From: Eledone cirrhosa
Taxonomy: Eukaryota
Direction: 5' to 3'
Assembly (NCBI GenBank): GCA_964016885.1
Contig: OZ024741.1
Coordinates: 399,404,001 to 399,468,000 of the forward strand
DNA: 64,000 nt
Below are positions 62,249 through 64,000 of the stretch, piece after piece. The position numbers and the translations under genes are program-made. Below the pieces are notes generated by a model. It ran no database searches and was not told the origin of the DNA. It worked only from the letters and a program-made list of their open reading frames with translations. How positions within the stretch are numbered: the stretch's first letter is position 1; the number at the start of each line of letters is the position of its first letter.

Positions 62249-63864
62249 TTAGAGCACTGGGCTTGCAATCGAACGGTTGTGAGTTCAATTCTCGGACCGG
62301 GTGATGTGTTGTTTCCTTGAGCAAGACACTTTATTTCACGTTGCTCCAGTTTACTCAGCTGTAGAAATGAGATGGTAGGACTGGGGTCCCTATCATTAAA
62401 TTACCCGAGACACCTCCAACGAGATATACCTTGGAGAGGGCCAGTTAAACCTGCATAGGTGTGAGCTGTCACTCACACACACACATAGGTGTGAGCTGTC
62501 ACTCACACACACACACAGACACACATTATACATATAGGTGGGCTTCCGTAATCAGATAGCCCAAGCTAACACTGTCAGGTGTTAGATCAAATTTACGGCG
62601 AAAGACCACACGGCCATCTTGTAGATCTATACGGTCTAATTCCCCTCCCCAAACTTGTCTTCAGTGAAATGTGTAATTTGGCTGCTATTTTTATCACGTG
62701 GATGATCCTTGTAAGAAGTTCTCCCGTTGCTTGGCGTGTGTTACTGATATTGATTAAAGGCGAGTGTCTGTGTCTCTGTGTGTGCTTGTGCTTCCGCGAA
62801 TGTACATATGTTTGTGTAACATGTGTGTGTAACATGTGTGTGTAACATGTGTGTGTAACATGTGTGTGTAACATGTGTGTGTGTGTACATCCGGGAGCGT
62901 GTATATGTGTGTGTATGTGAGTGAGAGAGAAAAGGAGAACGAGGTGAGAGTGTATGTGTGTGTACTTCGGCGAATATATGTATGTGTGTCTGACAGAAAG
63001 AATGTGTGTGTGTACGCGCGTCGGCGAAGGTATGTATTTGTGTCTGACAGAGTGAGACGGAGTGTGTGTGTATGTGTATGTATGTGTGTCTATGTATGTG
63101 TATATATGTGTGTCTATGTCTGTATGTGTGTATGTATGTGTCTATGTATGTGTGTATGTATGTGTGTGTCTATGTATGTGTATATATGTGTGTCTATATA
63201 TATGTATATATGTGTGTCTATACATATGTGTATGTATGTGTGTATGTATGTGTGTCTATGTATGTGTGTCTATGTATGTGTGTCTATGTATGTGTGTGTA
63301 TCTATGTATGTGTGTGTGTATGTATTCTAAGTATGTGTGTCTATGAATGTGTGTGTATATATGTGTGTGTATGTATGTGTGTGTATGTATGTGTGTGTAC
63401 ACATCCGGGAGCGTGTGTGGGTTATTAAGGTGATGCTGTGATGTCGTTAGCACGTGTATGACAGGAAGGGTGGGAGGTGGTGTAGGGGTGGTGTGGATGG
63501 TGACGTGGGGGTGTGAGGGGGAGGGGGTACTTGGTGTGGGTGAGGGTATGGTGGGAGGGAGGTGGAGTGACGGGGGAGGTGGTGTGGTTGAAGGGAGGCG
63601 GTGTGGATGAGGTGGTGTGTGTGGAAGGAGTGGTGTAGAGGGAATATGGAGGGGGGGCTGCAGCAAGAGACGGCGGTGTAGAGTGAAAGAGGGAGAGGGA
63701 GGGAGGGATGTGTAAGAAGCAGCGAGAGGGAGGTAGGTGGGAGGGAGTGGTGTGGTGTAGAGAGAGGGAGGAAGGAGGGAGGGGTGGTGTGGTGTAGAGA
63801 TGGTAGGAGTTATAATAGTGATGTATGATGCCAAACTGAAATACCTCACTTTCTTTCTATATCT

Positions 63865-64000
63865 TGTACTGTGTGTGTTTTACTGTGTGTGTGTTGTACT
63901 GTGTGTGTGTTGTACTGTGTGTGTGTTGTACTGTGTGTTACTGTGTGTGTGTTGTACTGTGTGTGTTTTACTGTGTGTGTGTTGTACTGTGTGTGTTGTA
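63865..64000. repeat. (tactgtgtgtgtgttg)-like minisatellite
   Basis: Direct inspection. Confidence 0.85.

Noticed and set aside
63460-63800. G-rich tract / 197-aa proline-rich ORF
   Set aside because: Low-complexity purine tract; G4 potential is plausible but nothing distinguishes it from background.

Overview
Repeat-saturated, AT-rich eukaryotic (animal) genomic DNA. The SINE families and the huge (TA)n/(CA)n/(GA)n load look like an octopod cephalopod, but this is my recognition and is unverified. Almost all ORFs in the supplied track are microsatellite artefacts. One probable host coding exon is visible (minus strand, 45907-47431: signal peptide, N/Q-rich, many dibasic sites), with a possible non-coding first exon near 56.9-57.1 kb; the rest is probably intronic or intergenic. 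Retroelements present: a near-full-length Penelope-like element (PLE, 13707-18580) with an upstream ORF1 joined to RT-GIY-YIG by a T-TTT-TTA slippery site; a Naiad-type PLE 3' fragment whose conserved C-x-H cysteine is an in-frame TGA (selenocysteine candidate); a 5'-truncated LINE with an uninterrupted 742-codon RT frame; Tx1/L1 and RTE fragments; two tRNA-derived SINE families; and several MITEs. The main hidden signal is in the short 'unique' islands inside the (TA)n tracts. They are mostly PLE pseudo-LTR-type elements from at least 8 unrelated families carrying about 16 hammerhead-ribozyme motifs (some degenerate). These include U3-A8 core variants, long stem II variants, and a 7-copy family that retains only the 3' (substrate) half of a hammerhead; one copy of it carries a ~215-nt GC-rich structured domain where stem II would be. 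Many of these elements show copy-specific fold-back inversions whose turn points often lie in or next to the ribozyme. All structures were folded by eye and no searches were run.
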